This document shows positions 29,030 to 39,600 of a stretch of DNA of 64,000 nucleotides, piece by piece (position 1 is the first letter of the stretch; each line of letters begins with the position of its first letter). This DNA comes from Candidatus Doudnabacteria bacterium RIFCSPHIGHO2_12_FULL_48_16 (GTDB taxonomy: Bacteria > Patescibacteriota > Doudnabacteria > UBA920 > O2-02-FULL-48-8): NCBI GenBank assembly GCA_001780035.1, contig MFEY01000004.1:81405-145404 (forward strand), read 5' to 3'. Position numbers and translations under genes: made by a program. The notes under the pieces were generated by a model, which made no database searches, had not been told where the DNA came from, and saw only the letters and a list, made by a program, of their open reading frames with translations.

Positions 29030-29383
29030 TTAATTTTTGAGCTTGAAGATCATTGAATAAAGCATTTTTTGTACTTCTTCTAACAAGGCTTCTGCCCTAA
29101 AGTAATCAATATTAGAATACTGTTCTTTGGAAATAACAACCTGAGTTTCCAGTTCCGCAGCTGAACCCATAGCAATGCCCAAAAACTGAATAAACTCCCT
29201 CTGGTGATTCCTTCGATATCCTTCCGCGATGTTCGACGGGATTGCAACTGCTGCTCTTTGCATCTGAGAAACTAATCCATACATTTCAGTCTTAGGCATT
29301 TGTTTAGTGGCTGAATAGATCTCGTTTACGAGCTTAATTGCTTTTTGCCAAACTATAAGTTCTTTGAATGAATTTACTTTCAT
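29030..29383 (-). CDS. four-helix-bundle protein (23S rRNA-IVS / Avd-like family)
   Basis: MKVNSFKELIVWQKAIKLVNEIY...QMQRAAVAIPSNIAEGYRRNHQREFIQFLGIAMGSAAELETQ is a textbook family signature. Confidence 0.75.
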   Translation of the reverse strand: MKVNSFKELIVWQKAIKLVNEIYSATKQMPKTEMYGLVSQMQRAAVAIPSNIAEGYRRNHQREFIQFLGIAMGSAAELETQVVISKEQYSNIDYFRAEALLEEVQKMLYSMIFKLKN

Positions 29384-29393
29384 AAATTTTAAA

Positions 29394-30314
29394 TTAATTA
29401 TTTTCTGAACGCTGTCCGCTGTACGCTACACGCTTATAGAGTTCCACCCACTGTTCGATCTTCAAATCCTGGGGGCGAGTGGTCGGCTCAATCCCCGCTT
29501 GTTTGAGTAATTGCCATGTCTGCTCTTTGTTCATTTTCAAGCCGTTGGCCAGGGTGTTGTGAATCTGCTTTCGTTTGCCGGCAAAAGCAATCTTAACGAT
29601 GCGGAAAAAAGTTTTTTTGTCTTTGATCTCCGGATATTTGTCGCGCGGCGTGATTTTTAAAACCACGGAGTCAACTTCCGGCTGGGGCCAGAAACTTTCC
29701 TTGGGCACGCTCAGGACAATTTCAGCGTCGGCGTAAATCTGCACCGAAATCCCCAGAATGGAAAGTTCGCCCGCGCTAGCTGTCACCCGCTCCCCCACTT
29801 CCTTCTGGACCATGAGGACCATCGAGGTTGGTTTGTTTGCCATTTCCAGAAAAGTTTGTAACAGTTTGCTGGTGAGGTAATATGGAATGTTCGCCACGAC
29901 TTTATAATCGCCGGTAATGTGCTCAGAAAGATTGAATTTTAAAATATCTAAATTAAAAACTTTGTTTTTCTGCAACCCCGAACCTTGTCCCGGACTCCGA
30001 TCCGGGATTGATTCGGGGTCTTTTCGACGAGATCCTGAATTAAATTCAGGATTGCGCCGCAGCAACTCCGCCAACTTTGAATCCTTCTCGACCGCGATAA
30101 CTCGCCCCGCTCGTTTCACCAGTTCAAAAGTCAACACGCCCAACCCCGGGCCGACTTCCAAAACCACATCGCCCGGCTGCAGCTCGGCCGCGGCCACAAT
30201 CCCCTGCAAGGCAGCTTGGTCAACCAAAAAATTCTGACCGAGATAATCGCGAGGTTTCAAGCCGTGATGTTTTAAAAAAGTTTTAAGATTTTCTACGTCT
30301 ATGAGATTATTCAT
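29394..30314 (-). CDS. rsmA: 16S rRNA (adenine1518/1519-N6)-dimethyltransferase RsmA/KsgA, with a roughly 25-aa in-frame insertion
   Basis: SAM-binding motif LEVGPGLGVLT, and NIPYY. The insertion EFNSGSRRKDPESIPDRSPGQGSGLQ is encoded by nested palindromes. Confidence 0.85.
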   Translation of the reverse strand: MNNLIDVENLKTFLKHHGLKPRDYLGQNFLVDQAALQGIVAAAELQPGDVVLEVGPGLGVLTFELVKRAGRVIAVEKDSKLAELLRRNPEFNSGSRRKDPESIPDRSPGQGSGLQKNKVFNLDILKFNLSEHITGDYKVVANIPYYLTSKLLQTFLEMANKPTSMVLMVQKEVGERVTASAGELSILGISVQIYADAEIVLSVPKESFWPQPEVDSVVLKITPRDKYPEIKDKKTFFRIVKIAFAGKRKQIHNTLANGLKMNKEQTWQLLKQAGIEPTTRPQDLKIEQWVELYKRVAYSGQRSENN

Positions 30315-30423
30315 GATTTAAATGTCAAATTTCTAATTTCCAATGACTAATGAAATGTTTAATGCTAAAATGCTTTAATTTTTAAAAAATTATGGCATTT
30401 GGCATTTTGTTTGAAATTAGTCA

Positions 30424-32445
30424 TTAATAATTTGTTATTCTTGTTATTAGCTCCTCCGGTATTGCCTTCAGGATCCTCGACGGAACGCTGATGTTCCTCG
30501 AGCCGTATTGCCGGCGTGACTGGGCGTGCACCAAAAACAGCATCTTGCGCGCCCGCGTCACCCCGACATAAGCCAGCCGCACTTCTTCGGCAATATCTTT
30601 AGGATCGAGGATCGAGCGCGAGTGCGGCAGTAAACCTTCTTCCAATCCGACCATAAACACTGTGTCAAACTCCAGACCCTTGGCCTGATGCAAGGTCATT
30701 AGGGTAACTTTGGGGGTGTTCAGATCCGCTTCGTCGGCCGAGGTCATCAGGGCCACTTCCTCCAAAAAACGGCTGACCGCTTCCTTCCAGGGCAAACGCT
30801 TGAATGCCCCGGCGACGTTGATCAGCTCCAGCACGTTTTCCCACCGGCCCTCGCCCTCTTCGCTGCCGTCCCGCAAAAACTTCTCATAACCGCTCAGCTT
30901 AATCACCTGGCCCAGGACATCCAGGATATTCGCCGACTCTTCTATGCCGGTTATAAAATTAATCATTTCAAAAAAACCTTTAACCGACGGCTTCTTGAAA
31001 AACAACTCCGAGAGCAGCGGTTCGTCCTTTTCCAGCAGAGCATCTTTGAGGAGTTTGAATGACTGCTCACCGATCCCGCGCGCGGGCTTGTTGATCACCC
31101 GCTTGAGGCTGACCAGATCATTTTGATTGACCAGCAGGCGCAGGTAGCAAAGGATATCTTTGATTTCCGCGCGCTCGTAGAATTTCAATCCGCCAACGAT
31201 CTGGTATGGAATCGAGGAGGCGATAAAAGCTTCTTCGAATGCCCGGGATTGAAAATGCGTCCGGTAAAGCACGGCGATCTGGTTGAGGCCCTGGCGGTTT
31301 TTGAGTTTGGGCAACACGCGGCCCCAGGATTTCTTCATCAGGCGCGACAAAATACCCTGATCTTCCGACTGGTCATCAGTTAAATATTCCAGTTCGGTTT
31401 CCTTGGTCGTAACCGGCGGATCCTGAATGTTCAAAATTCGACCGGCAACGAAATAGGCTTCGGTTGTTTCGTCTTCGGCCGAAAATAAGTTGGGCAGGCC
31501 GCCGGTTTCGTTATCGGTCCAGAGGCGTTTTTTGTGCTGATGGGAATTGAGTTCGATGATTTTTTCGGCAATCCGCAAAATCGGCGAGGTGGAACGGTAA
31601 TTCTGCTCCAGGCGGATAATTTTGCAATCCGGGTAATCATCCTCAAAATCCAGGATATTCTGCAAATTGGCGCCGCGAAAACCATAAATGGCCTGAGCAT
31701 CGTCGCCGACCACAAAAATGTTTTTATGCGCTTGCGCCAACATCTTGGTCCACAAATATTGCACATGGTTGGTGTCCTGATACTCATCGACCAGAATATA
31801 CTGCCAGAGCGCCTGATATTTTTTCAAAATTTCCGGATGCTTCTGAAAAATTTGAACCGGCAGCATAAGCAGATCGCCAAAATCCACGGCATTGTTTTTG
31901 AGCAAACCGTCCTGGTAACGGCGATAAACTTCGCGGGCGGTTTGGGTGAACTTTTTGTCCTTTTCGTCCAAATCCCCGGGCTCCAGGAGGTTATTTTTGG
32001 CCCGGTCAATAACAGCGGCAAACAGCGCCGGTTTAAATTTGGTCGGATCCAGCTTGAGCGCAATCAAAATATCCTTAAGCAGGCTTTCCTGGTCATCGTT
32101 GTCATAAATCACAAAATTGGGCGTTAAGCCGACTAGGCGACTTTCGGCCCGCAGGATCCTGACCCCGATCGAATGGAAGGTTCCCATAGTAGGAGAATTT
32201 GAAATTTTATCAGGCGCTTGCAAAAGCTTAACAATCCGTTCCTTCATCTCCCCCGCTGCCTTATTGGTAAAGGTCACTGCCAAGATATTGTGCGGCTTAA
32301 TCCCCAATTTCTTGATAAGATAAACGATGCGCATGGTTAAGCACCGAGTCTTGCCGCTGCCGGCCCCGGCCAAGATCAAAACCGGCCCCAGCGGGGCGGT
32401 CACGGCTTCAAGCTGGGCTTTATTTAGACCGGAATTAGTATCCAT
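30424..32445 (-). CDS. pcrA: ATP-dependent DNA helicase PcrA/UvrD/Rep family
   Basis: AGAGSGKT Walker A, VTFTNKAAGEMKERI, and the UvrD C-terminal domain. Confidence 0.85.
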   Translation of the reverse strand: MDTNSGLNKAQLEAVTAPLGPVLILAGAGSGKTRCLTMRIVYLIKKLGIKPHNILAVTFTNKAAGEMKERIVKLLQAPDKISNSPTMGTFHSIGVRILRAESRLVGLTPNFVIYDNDDQESLLKDILIALKLDPTKFKPALFAAVIDRAKNNLLEPGDLDEKDKKFTQTAREVYRRYQDGLLKNNAVDFGDLLMLPVQIFQKHPEILKKYQALWQYILVDEYQDTNHVQYLWTKMLAQAHKNIFVVGDDAQAIYGFRGANLQNILDFEDDYPDCKIIRLEQNYRSTSPILRIAEKIIELNSHQHKKRLWTDNETGGLPNLFSAEDETTEAYFVAGRILNIQDPPVTTKETELEYLTDDQSEDQGILSRLMKKSWGRVLPKLKNRQGLNQIAVLYRTHFQSRAFEEAFIASSIPYQIVGGLKFYERAEIKDILCYLRLLVNQNDLVSLKRVINKPARGIGEQSFKLLKDALLEKDEPLLSELFFKKPSVKGFFEMINFITGIEESANILDVLGQVIKLSGYEKFLRDGSEEGEGRWENVLELINVAGAFKRLPWKEAVSRFLEEVALMTSADEADLNTPKVTLMTLHQAKGLEFDTVFMVGLEEGLLPHSRSILDPKDIAEEVRLAYVGVTRARKMLFLVHAQSRRQYGSRNISVPSRILKAIPEELITRITNY

Positions 32446-32824
32446 AGTCTAACCATTATAACCCAGCCTTCGAATTAAGAATAACGAATTATGAATTAGG
32501 GTATTTTCCATAATTCCTCATTCCTACTTCCTTATTCCGGCTTGTGGATAAGAACATTGACCAAACCGGCCGGGTCTGGTAAAATTGACCCTAGTGATTT
32601 CGGACGTAACGGATCCCACAGTTAACCCCACAATTTGGCTTATATAAGGTTTTTTTGTGAGTAATTTCGTATGGGTAAAGTAAGCTTTTGAGTGGGTTTA
32701 AAAGGCGACTATTATTTTATCTATTTATCAAAAATTTGCCTCTCTCTGCATCCGGCTGGCAACGAACTGGAAAACCAACGGCAAATTTACAATCCATCCG
32801 TTCAAATCCCTGCATTCTCGGCAC

Positions 32825-33982
32825 TTGCTGCCTTTGTCTATTGGGGACTACGCGGCGCGTTTCAGTCTCGAGCTGGTGCTGGTCGGTTTGACCATTGCCG
32901 GCATCTGGGCCAATGTTCTCGTCACTCATCACGCTTCCACTTCCAATCCGGACCAAAGCGTGATTTTTTCATTCTTAAAATCGCATCCCGGCCTGAACCG
33001 CAAACTGCTTTCGGCCGCGGACACAACCACGATTTTCTCCAAATCCGACCAGCGCTTAACCCTCTCCTCGCAGTCTTTGGGGGTGGTCCTGGCCGCACAG
33101 CCGGTGGACACCAATCCTCATGCCACTACGGCTTCCACCATGCAGGACGATGTCATTGTTAAAACCAACCCGTCGGACACTCAAGGGGTCCCCCGCAACG
33201 GCTTTACCACTTATCAAGTCCAGCCCGGCGACACGCTCATCGATATCGCCTCCAGCTTCGGAGTTTCCCCCCAGACCGTGATGCTGGAGAACAAAATTAC
33301 CGACGACCGGCAGCTCAAAGCCGGCCAGGATCTGACCATTCTGCCGACGACCGGCATCAGCCATACTGTCGGAGAATCAGATTCCTTGGAATCCTTACTG
33401 GCCAAATACAAAATCTCTGCCGATGACTTTTTGGATGCCAATAACATTGAGTCCTTCGACGACTTGGCCATCGGCACCGACATCGTAATCCCCCTGCAAA
33501 ACGTCACACTCCCCGCTCTGGTCAAACCCGCAGCCAGGTTTGTCAAAGACGAAAGCAATAAAATCGCCCTCAAACAAGCCTCTGTTCCAGCCGACTTCCT
33601 GGGCGCCGCACTTGATTTTATCTGGCCGACTCCGGTCCGCACAATCACCCAGGGCTTCTCCAAACGCCACACCGGCCTGGATATTTCCGACAGCAAAAAG
33701 GAGCCGGTTTACGCGGCCTGCACCGGATTCGTGGAAATCTCAGGATACCAGGCTAACGGCTACGGCAATAATATCGTCATAAATTGCGGCAGTGGATTCA
33801 AGACCCGCTATGGCCATCTTTCCGAACTTTATGTTTCAGCCGGTGATTATGTGACCAAGGGACAATTGATCGGCAAACAGGGCCGCACCGGCCGCGTCCG
33901 CGGCGCCACCGGCATTCACCTGCACTTTGAGGTCATCAAAAACGGCGTCCGGGTCAACCCTCTAAGCTACGTCAAACCATAA
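32825..33982 (+). CDS. LysM-domain M23 family metallopeptidase
   Basis: LysM repeats (YQVQPGDTLIDIASSFGVSPQTV). M23 motifs HTGLDI...GHLS...GIHLHFEV. The true start is uncertain. Confidence 0.7.
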   Translation: MLPLSIGDYAARFSLELVLVGLTIAGIWANVLVTHHASTSNPDQSVIFSFLKSHPGLNRKLLSAADTTTIFSKSDQRLTLSSQSLGVVLAAQPVDTNPHATTASTMQDDVIVKTNPSDTQGVPRNGFTTYQVQPGDTLIDIASSFGVSPQTVMLENKITDDRQLKAGQDLTILPTTGISHTVGESDSLESLLAKYKISADDFLDANNIESFDDLAIGTDIVIPLQNVTLPALVKPAARFVKDESNKIALKQASVPADFLGAALDFIWPTPVRTITQGFSKRHTGLDISDSKKEPVYAACTGFVEISGYQANGYGNNIVINCGSGFKTRYGHLSELYVSAGDYVTKGQLIGKQGRTGRVRGATGIHLHFEVIKNGVRVNPLSYVKP

Positions 33983-34034
33983 ATAGTGGCATATAAAAAT
34001 CCTCCGGCATGCCGGAGGATTTTTGTTGTTTAGT

Positions 34035-34436
34035 CTATTGGCCGATGATCTGAATCTTGTCCGCCTGATAAACTCCGGCCTTGGGCGGATCGGAAAAATA
34101 AACCACGATCTGCTGTTTGTCCTTGAAATCTGCAAGTGTCGCATCCACAATCTTTATGGTCTTGCCATCTTTGGCCTGCTTCACCAATTTGGTTTCAGCG
34201 GAAATCTGAGCTGAATAATTGTTCGCACCTTCGGCAAAATCAATCTTGGTCGCTGAAACAGCGGACACGGTCCCCATAATGAAGTTGGGGTTCTTCGGGT
34301 CAAATGTTTCGCTAGTTTGCTTGCTGCTGTCGAGCTTTTTTTCGTCATCAGAATTATTTGATTTAGATTGCATTGCCACATATGCTCCGACGGCGAGCAC
34401 CGCGACCACGACCACTGTGATAATTGTTTTATTCAT
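34035..34436 (-). CDS. small secreted protein (paralog of 2242-2700)
   Basis: Signal anchor (IITVVVVAVLAVGAYVA). Confidence 0.4.
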   Translation of the reverse strand: MNKTIITVVVVAVLAVGAYVAMQSKSNNSDDEKKLDSSKQTSETFDPKNPNFIMGTVSAVSATKIDFAEGANNYSAQISAETKLVKQAKDGKTIKIVDATLADFKDKQQIVVYFSDPPKAGVYQADKIQIIGQ

Positions 34437-34483
34437 ATTTTTAGTTAATTATTTATTAATTAGTTAATTATTTATTTTATGGA

Positions 34484-36634
34484 TTAGGGTGGAAAGTTCT
34501 GCGTACATGGCGTATTTACCGGACAATTATTGACCTGCCAGTTATACCCGGGTTTATTGGCCGGAGTGATGGTCCAGCTGCTGTAAGGCTTGGCAGAATA
34601 GGATCCGGTGCTGCTGCCACCACCGGCTGAGACACTTGGACAGGCCGGGCTGGTCAGCGGGCAGGTAATCGTCCACGTGGTAGGTGTCGAGGAATTAACT
34701 TCAATCGTGCCTTGATTAAGTTTGGTAAAGGAAGCGCTACCACAAGCGCCCAATGAAGTTCCATAATTCTCATTGGTGGCGTAGACATGAACATTCATAA
34801 CTCCAAGCCCGGAGTGATTATTCAAAATGACGGTCGCGGTCCAAGTTCCCCCGCCGGCATTAGCCCCCTGATACCAGATAATATCATCCTGTCCGTCTTG
34901 GTCGGACCATATCGGGAATTGGACGGCTGTCGCATTTGCGACCCCAGTGGCTGACACGACCATGGTGCTGGCGGACGTCGTCCATGTCCCGGCGGCAGAA
35001 CCGCCCGTGCACGTCGGCTGCGCATTGATATTGATGATGACTGTATCCGTAGCTGTTCCATTCGCGCCCGTGCAATCGACGCGATAAGTGTTATTGGTCG
35101 TCATGTTGCCGGTCGCAACACTCGGTTGCGCTGTCCCAGTCCAGCCCGTATCTGCATTGTTAAGTCCGCCACCGGTAACATACAATGAGCAAGAAGTAGT
35201 GTTGATTGAGGTCCAGCTTAAGGTCGCTGAAGTATTGTTATTGATAGAAATCGGGCCGTCCGAACCATTGGCTTTAATATCCACAGTTGGTAGCGCACAA
35301 ACAAAAGCGGAAACTGGCGAATAAATCAGGTCCGGATTTCCGCCACTATTAAGATCAATGGCATACATATTGATCGTATGACTGGCGCCATCTTTCCAGG
35401 CACTTGGAATAGTATATGTGAAGCCATGATTCTTATTGCCTGGCAAATCGCCTCGGAAATCCCCAGCCGAGATATTCGTATAGAAACTGCCGTTGTGGTA
35501 GATGTGGATTTGGATGGCGGTATCCGAAAAATCAGGATCCCAAGCCCAACCGGACATGGTCGCACAGTTGCTATTATTATTCGTACTGTTGGTATTGCTT
35601 TCCAAAACTCCTGTGGCCTGTTGGGAAGCAGCCACGGTCACGGTTACCGTAGCTCCAGGATTTCCGCCAGCTACACCCGAACAACTTATGTTGTACGTGG
35701 TTTCGCCGGTGATATTGGTCGCAGTCCATGTGCCGCTTACGCCTCCTGTGCCGCCTGGAGGTGTGGGACCCGGGCCGGAGACCTTGCCCACAGCGCACGA
35801 GGTAGTGCTGGCGGTGGACCAGGCCAAGGTGGATGAACCGCCAAAAGCGATTGAGGTCGGGTCGGCAGTAAAGCCGATGGTGTAGGGGGCGTAAGTAGTG
35901 TAGGTAGCCTGATCACAATACGTATCGCCAGTGGTGGCATTCGACATGTAGGCATGGGTGAAAACGGTTCCATAGCCTGGATGGCTACTCATATTTATAT
36001 CGATATACCACGTACCGCTTCCCGCATTTGTCCCATCGTACCAAACAATATCGTCCTGACCCCCTGATTCGGACCAAGTGGGGAAAAGCACAGCCGTGGC
36101 ATTGGCCACACCATTGGCGTTTACGCGTTGCGTGGTATTGCCGTAAACAGCCGTGCCGTCAGGAGTTGCTGAGGAACAGGTGGGCGGCGGAGGAGGGGGA
36201 GGCGGATTGGCACAAGTATAGTAGCCGTCCGACTGGGGTCCCCAGTTACCCCAACCGTCCCGTGCATGTATCCACCAGTGGTAACTATGCCCAGGCGTGG
36301 TGCTGATCGAGGTCGAAGGTCCAGTGTAGGGCTTGTTTTCGGGAATCCAAAAGCTGGTTAGGTAAGCACCGCCCGCCGTATCGTCCGCGATTCGAAAATA
36401 TGCATCATACGGAGGCATGGCATTCCAGCTCATAGAAGCAGTGGTTCCGGCACCCCCGCAGGAGCCAACTAAACCGGTGGGAGTTGGGAACCAATCAATG
36501 TAGGTCGCCGCCTTGGCTGATTTGGCCGCAATAAATAATCCCGCGAACAGGAGGACAGAAAAAATAATTGTGAGTTTAAGTTTGTTTGTCATTTGAAATT
36601 TGATGTTTGTAATTTCCATAAAATTGCTTCGCAA
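34484..36634 (-). CDS. secreted surface protein with Ig-like repeats and a repeated W..GQDDI.WY domain
   Basis: Signal peptide, a poly-Pro linker (PPPPPPPPT), and repeated Cys-pair Ig-like modules of about 90 aa (ATLSWTSINTTSCS...YRVDCTG). Two copies of the VLFPTWSESGGQDDIVWY-type domain. Confidence 0.5.
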   Translation of the reverse strand: MRSNFMEITNIKFQMTNKLKLTIIFSVLLFAGLFIAAKSAKAATYIDWFPTPTGLVGSCGGAGTTASMSWNAMPPYDAYFRIADDTAGGAYLTSFWIPENKPYTGPSTSISTTPGHSYHWWIHARDGWGNWGPQSDGYYTCANPPPPPPPPTCSSATPDGTAVYGNTTQRVNANGVANATAVLFPTWSESGGQDDIVWYDGTNAGSGTWYIDINMSSHPGYGTVFTHAYMSNATTGDTYCDQATYTTYAPYTIGFTADPTSIAFGGSSTLAWSTASTTSCAVGKVSGPGPTPPGGTGGVSGTWTATNITGETTYNISCSGVAGGNPGATVTVTVAASQQATGVLESNTNSTNNNSNCATMSGWAWDPDFSDTAIQIHIYHNGSFYTNISAGDFRGDLPGNKNHGFTYTIPSAWKDGASHTINMYAIDLNSGGNPDLIYSPVSAFVCALPTVDIKANGSDGPISINNNTSATLSWTSINTTSCSLYVTGGGLNNADTGWTGTAQPSVATGNMTTNNTYRVDCTGANGTATDTVIININAQPTCTGGSAAGTWTTSASTMVVSATGVANATAVQFPIWSDQDGQDDIIWYQGANAGGGTWTATVILNNHSGLGVMNVHVYATNENYGTSLGACGSASFTKLNQGTIEVNSSTPTTWTITCPLTSPACPSVSAGGGSSTGSYSAKPYSSWTITPANKPGYNWQVNNCPVNTPCTQNFPP

Positions 36635-36636
36635 TT

Positions 36637-39600
36637 TTATGGCGCGACTTCCCGGAAACTCGGCACCTGGCCTTTGTTCTTATTCACGATAATCGTCGGC
36701 GCGCAGGCGATTTTGGATCGTGCCTCGCTATCCGTATAATAAACTACGCCGCAGTTGGTGACAATTTCCTGCGATCCGCTGCTGGCACTGGCAGTAAAAG
36801 TTGCATCAAATGTCACCAGCCAGTTGTTGGCGATATTTTTGATACCGCTGACATTGAATCTTAACCCGGAATTACCGCCAGCCAAACAGGCGGCATTGTT
36901 TTGGCTGATGCCGGAGCTAGCTGAGCCGCTGCCGCTCACGCTCAGGTTTCGGATATCCGTCAGATTGCCGCTGGCGTTGTCGCAGATGTAATTAACCGTG
37001 GCGTTCGCCGGACCGTCGTTGACGATGGTGATTTGGTAGGTCAGAGTATCCCCGTCTTTGATCACGGTAGTCCCACTATAGGCTGCGCCATTGACCCTGA
37101 TCAAGGCTTTGGATGAAGATGAGAGGTTGGCAACACAGGCCACATTCATGGCATTGGCGCTGCCAGAATAAGCTTCCAACGGATCAATAACAACGCCGCG
37201 GTGCGCGCTGACGCGATAATAATACCGGACATTGGTCTGCGGAGGTGTATCTTGGTAGGAGCGGACACCGGTGCCGAGCAACCCCGAGATCGGACTGCCC
37301 CAGGTAGCGCCATCTATAGAGCGGTAAACATAAAAGCCATTCTCTACGCCATTGTTACTGTAGCTCCAGGTCGTCGTAATGGTCTGGCAGGGAATATTGC
37401 TTACTGAGACACCGGTAGGCTCATTCAATGTCAGAGCTGTATATGTGATGCCAAACACCAGGCTCGCCGAAGCAGTGACTGTAAAATTCGCACTGTCGCA
37501 CCAGACAAACCCGGCAGATCCGTTCCAAAGGTATACGTGGACGTTGACCCCGCCGGTGCCCGGATGAGCGGACATGGGAATATCGTAATACCATTGATTG
37601 CCGCTGAGGATATTACCCTCATACCAGATTAAATCGTCTTGCCCCCCTGTATCAGTCCAGGCTGGGAAATAAACCATTCCGGTATTGCCACTGACACCGT
37701 TGGCAAAAGTCCGACGGGTGGATTGGGCGGTGGAAATGCTGTCGCTGTCCGGAGTAGCTGAAGTGCAAGTCATCCCCGAAGGAGCGTTAACGTTCACTGT
37801 CACGCTGGCAGTGGCAGCACCGTTATCGCAATTGACCGTGTAGGTGGTGGTAGCGGTGAGATTTCCAGTGCTGTTACTGCCCGAAGTCCCGGTCCACCCA
37901 CCGGGTGAAACCGAACAAGAAGTAACATTAGCCGAACCCCAAGTGATATCTGCCGCAGTGTTGTTGGAAATAGTAATTGAAGTCGGTTGGCCGTTGGCTT
38001 TGATCCAGACTGTGGGACCGGCTGGTGGAACGGTGACATTGAAATTCGCCGAGTCGCACCATTGATTGCTGAAATTAGCATTGGTCATGTAAACATGAAC
38101 ATTGACGTGGCTGGCTGGCAGGTTCCCGGAAACGGGAATATCCACGTACCATTCATTGCCGCTTAGGATCGCGCCTGGGTACCAAACGGCACCGGCCCCG
38201 CCTTGGGCATCAGTAAATGTCGGGAACCAGACATTTGTCGCGTTGACCACGCCATTGGCATAGGTGCGCCGGGTGGGGGCGGTTGTATAAACCGAATCCT
38301 CATCTGGGGTGGCGGATGTGCAAGTCGGGGCCGTAGGAGGGGGTGGCGCAGAATTCACGTCCACAGTCACGCTGTCCGAGGCTGAGCCTCCTGCGCCAGT
38401 GCAATTGACTGTATAAGTAGAAGCGGCGGTAAGATTGCCCGTGCTTTGACTGCCCGACGTGCCGGTCCAGCCGGTTTGAGCAACTGTGCAGGAACTGGCA
38501 TTGGTCGAGGACCAAGAAACTGTGCTGGCGGTATTGTTATCAACCGGGTTCGGATTGGCGGAAATTGATGCGGTGGGAGCTACCGGCGGAGGGCCGCCGC
38601 AGTTTGCCTGGGTGGCGCTGATACTAAGAGTATTTGAAGAAGTGGTGCTGCCACTGGGGTTGCTGGCAATTATATGGTACTCATAAGTTTGATTCTTCGA
38701 AACGCTATCAGCGTATTGATCGAGCTCGGCATATGTCAGGTTGGATGCCACCACTGCCCACGAACCGCTGCCCTGCCTTCTTTCAAGCGTATATGTGACC
38801 GCACCCGAAGATTGACTGCTGTTGACTTCGACTTCCGGGTTGGGCCAGTTGAAACAGGAAAGATTTGTAAGGCTAAAGGCTCCGGGCGGACTGCCGCCGG
38901 ATGATTGGACTGTCACTATCGTATCCCAGGTGCGAAAATCTTCTCCGCCCATACGGGCCGGCCCAGCAACTCGCAGACTAAAAATATATGTGCCGGGAGT
39001 ATTTAAAGCTATGGGCAAACTCCAGCTCTCAGTATCCTCCGGCATACCGTCGCTGTCATCCCAGAAACCACCGATGCCGTTTGGCCCCTCCATAAACATC
39101 TGGCGGCTCGGCACAGTCCCAGTGGTCGTCCAAGAAAACTGCGGTGACACTCCGGTCGCAATCGAAGGAGTAAGAAGACTAGAGCTGTCCAAACTTGTAA
39201 ATTCGCGGCGATGCATTGTCCATTTGACTTGCACGTCATTTTCGTTGAAAAATGTTTGATGAACCTTGAGCCTGACTACCAAATGAGAATAGTAAGTGTA
39301 GTCCAAAGAATCAATGCCGCCAGTAACGATTGAAGGGCTTCCAGTATCATCTCCCGGTGAGCCTTCATATGTTTGGACTGTATTGCAAAAGCCGTCGCCC
39401 CAGGCCGATGTGTTATTGACACAAAATTCGATACCCGGGGAGGGATTGTCGTTTTGCAAAATTTGCCAGTCAATTTGATAAACCTGGCCCCAATTGCCAG
39501 GAAAGACAGATAAAAATAAAGCTGTGACCGGGTCATTCCTTCCATCAGAAGAAAGTCCGGTTGTGACGGTTTTGGTCGTGCCATCGGACCCCTCTGGATC

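Noticed and set aside
18712-29383. Diversity-generating retroelement (suggested by multiple Avd-like four-helix-bundle genes)
   Set aside because: No reverse-transcriptase ORF (no YxDD-type motif) and no template/variable repeat pair were found in the window.
32446-32824. Chromosomal replication origin
   Set aside because: Only one perfect and one near-perfect DnaA box. No dnaA or dnaN is nearby. Evidence is insufficient without GC-skew analysis.
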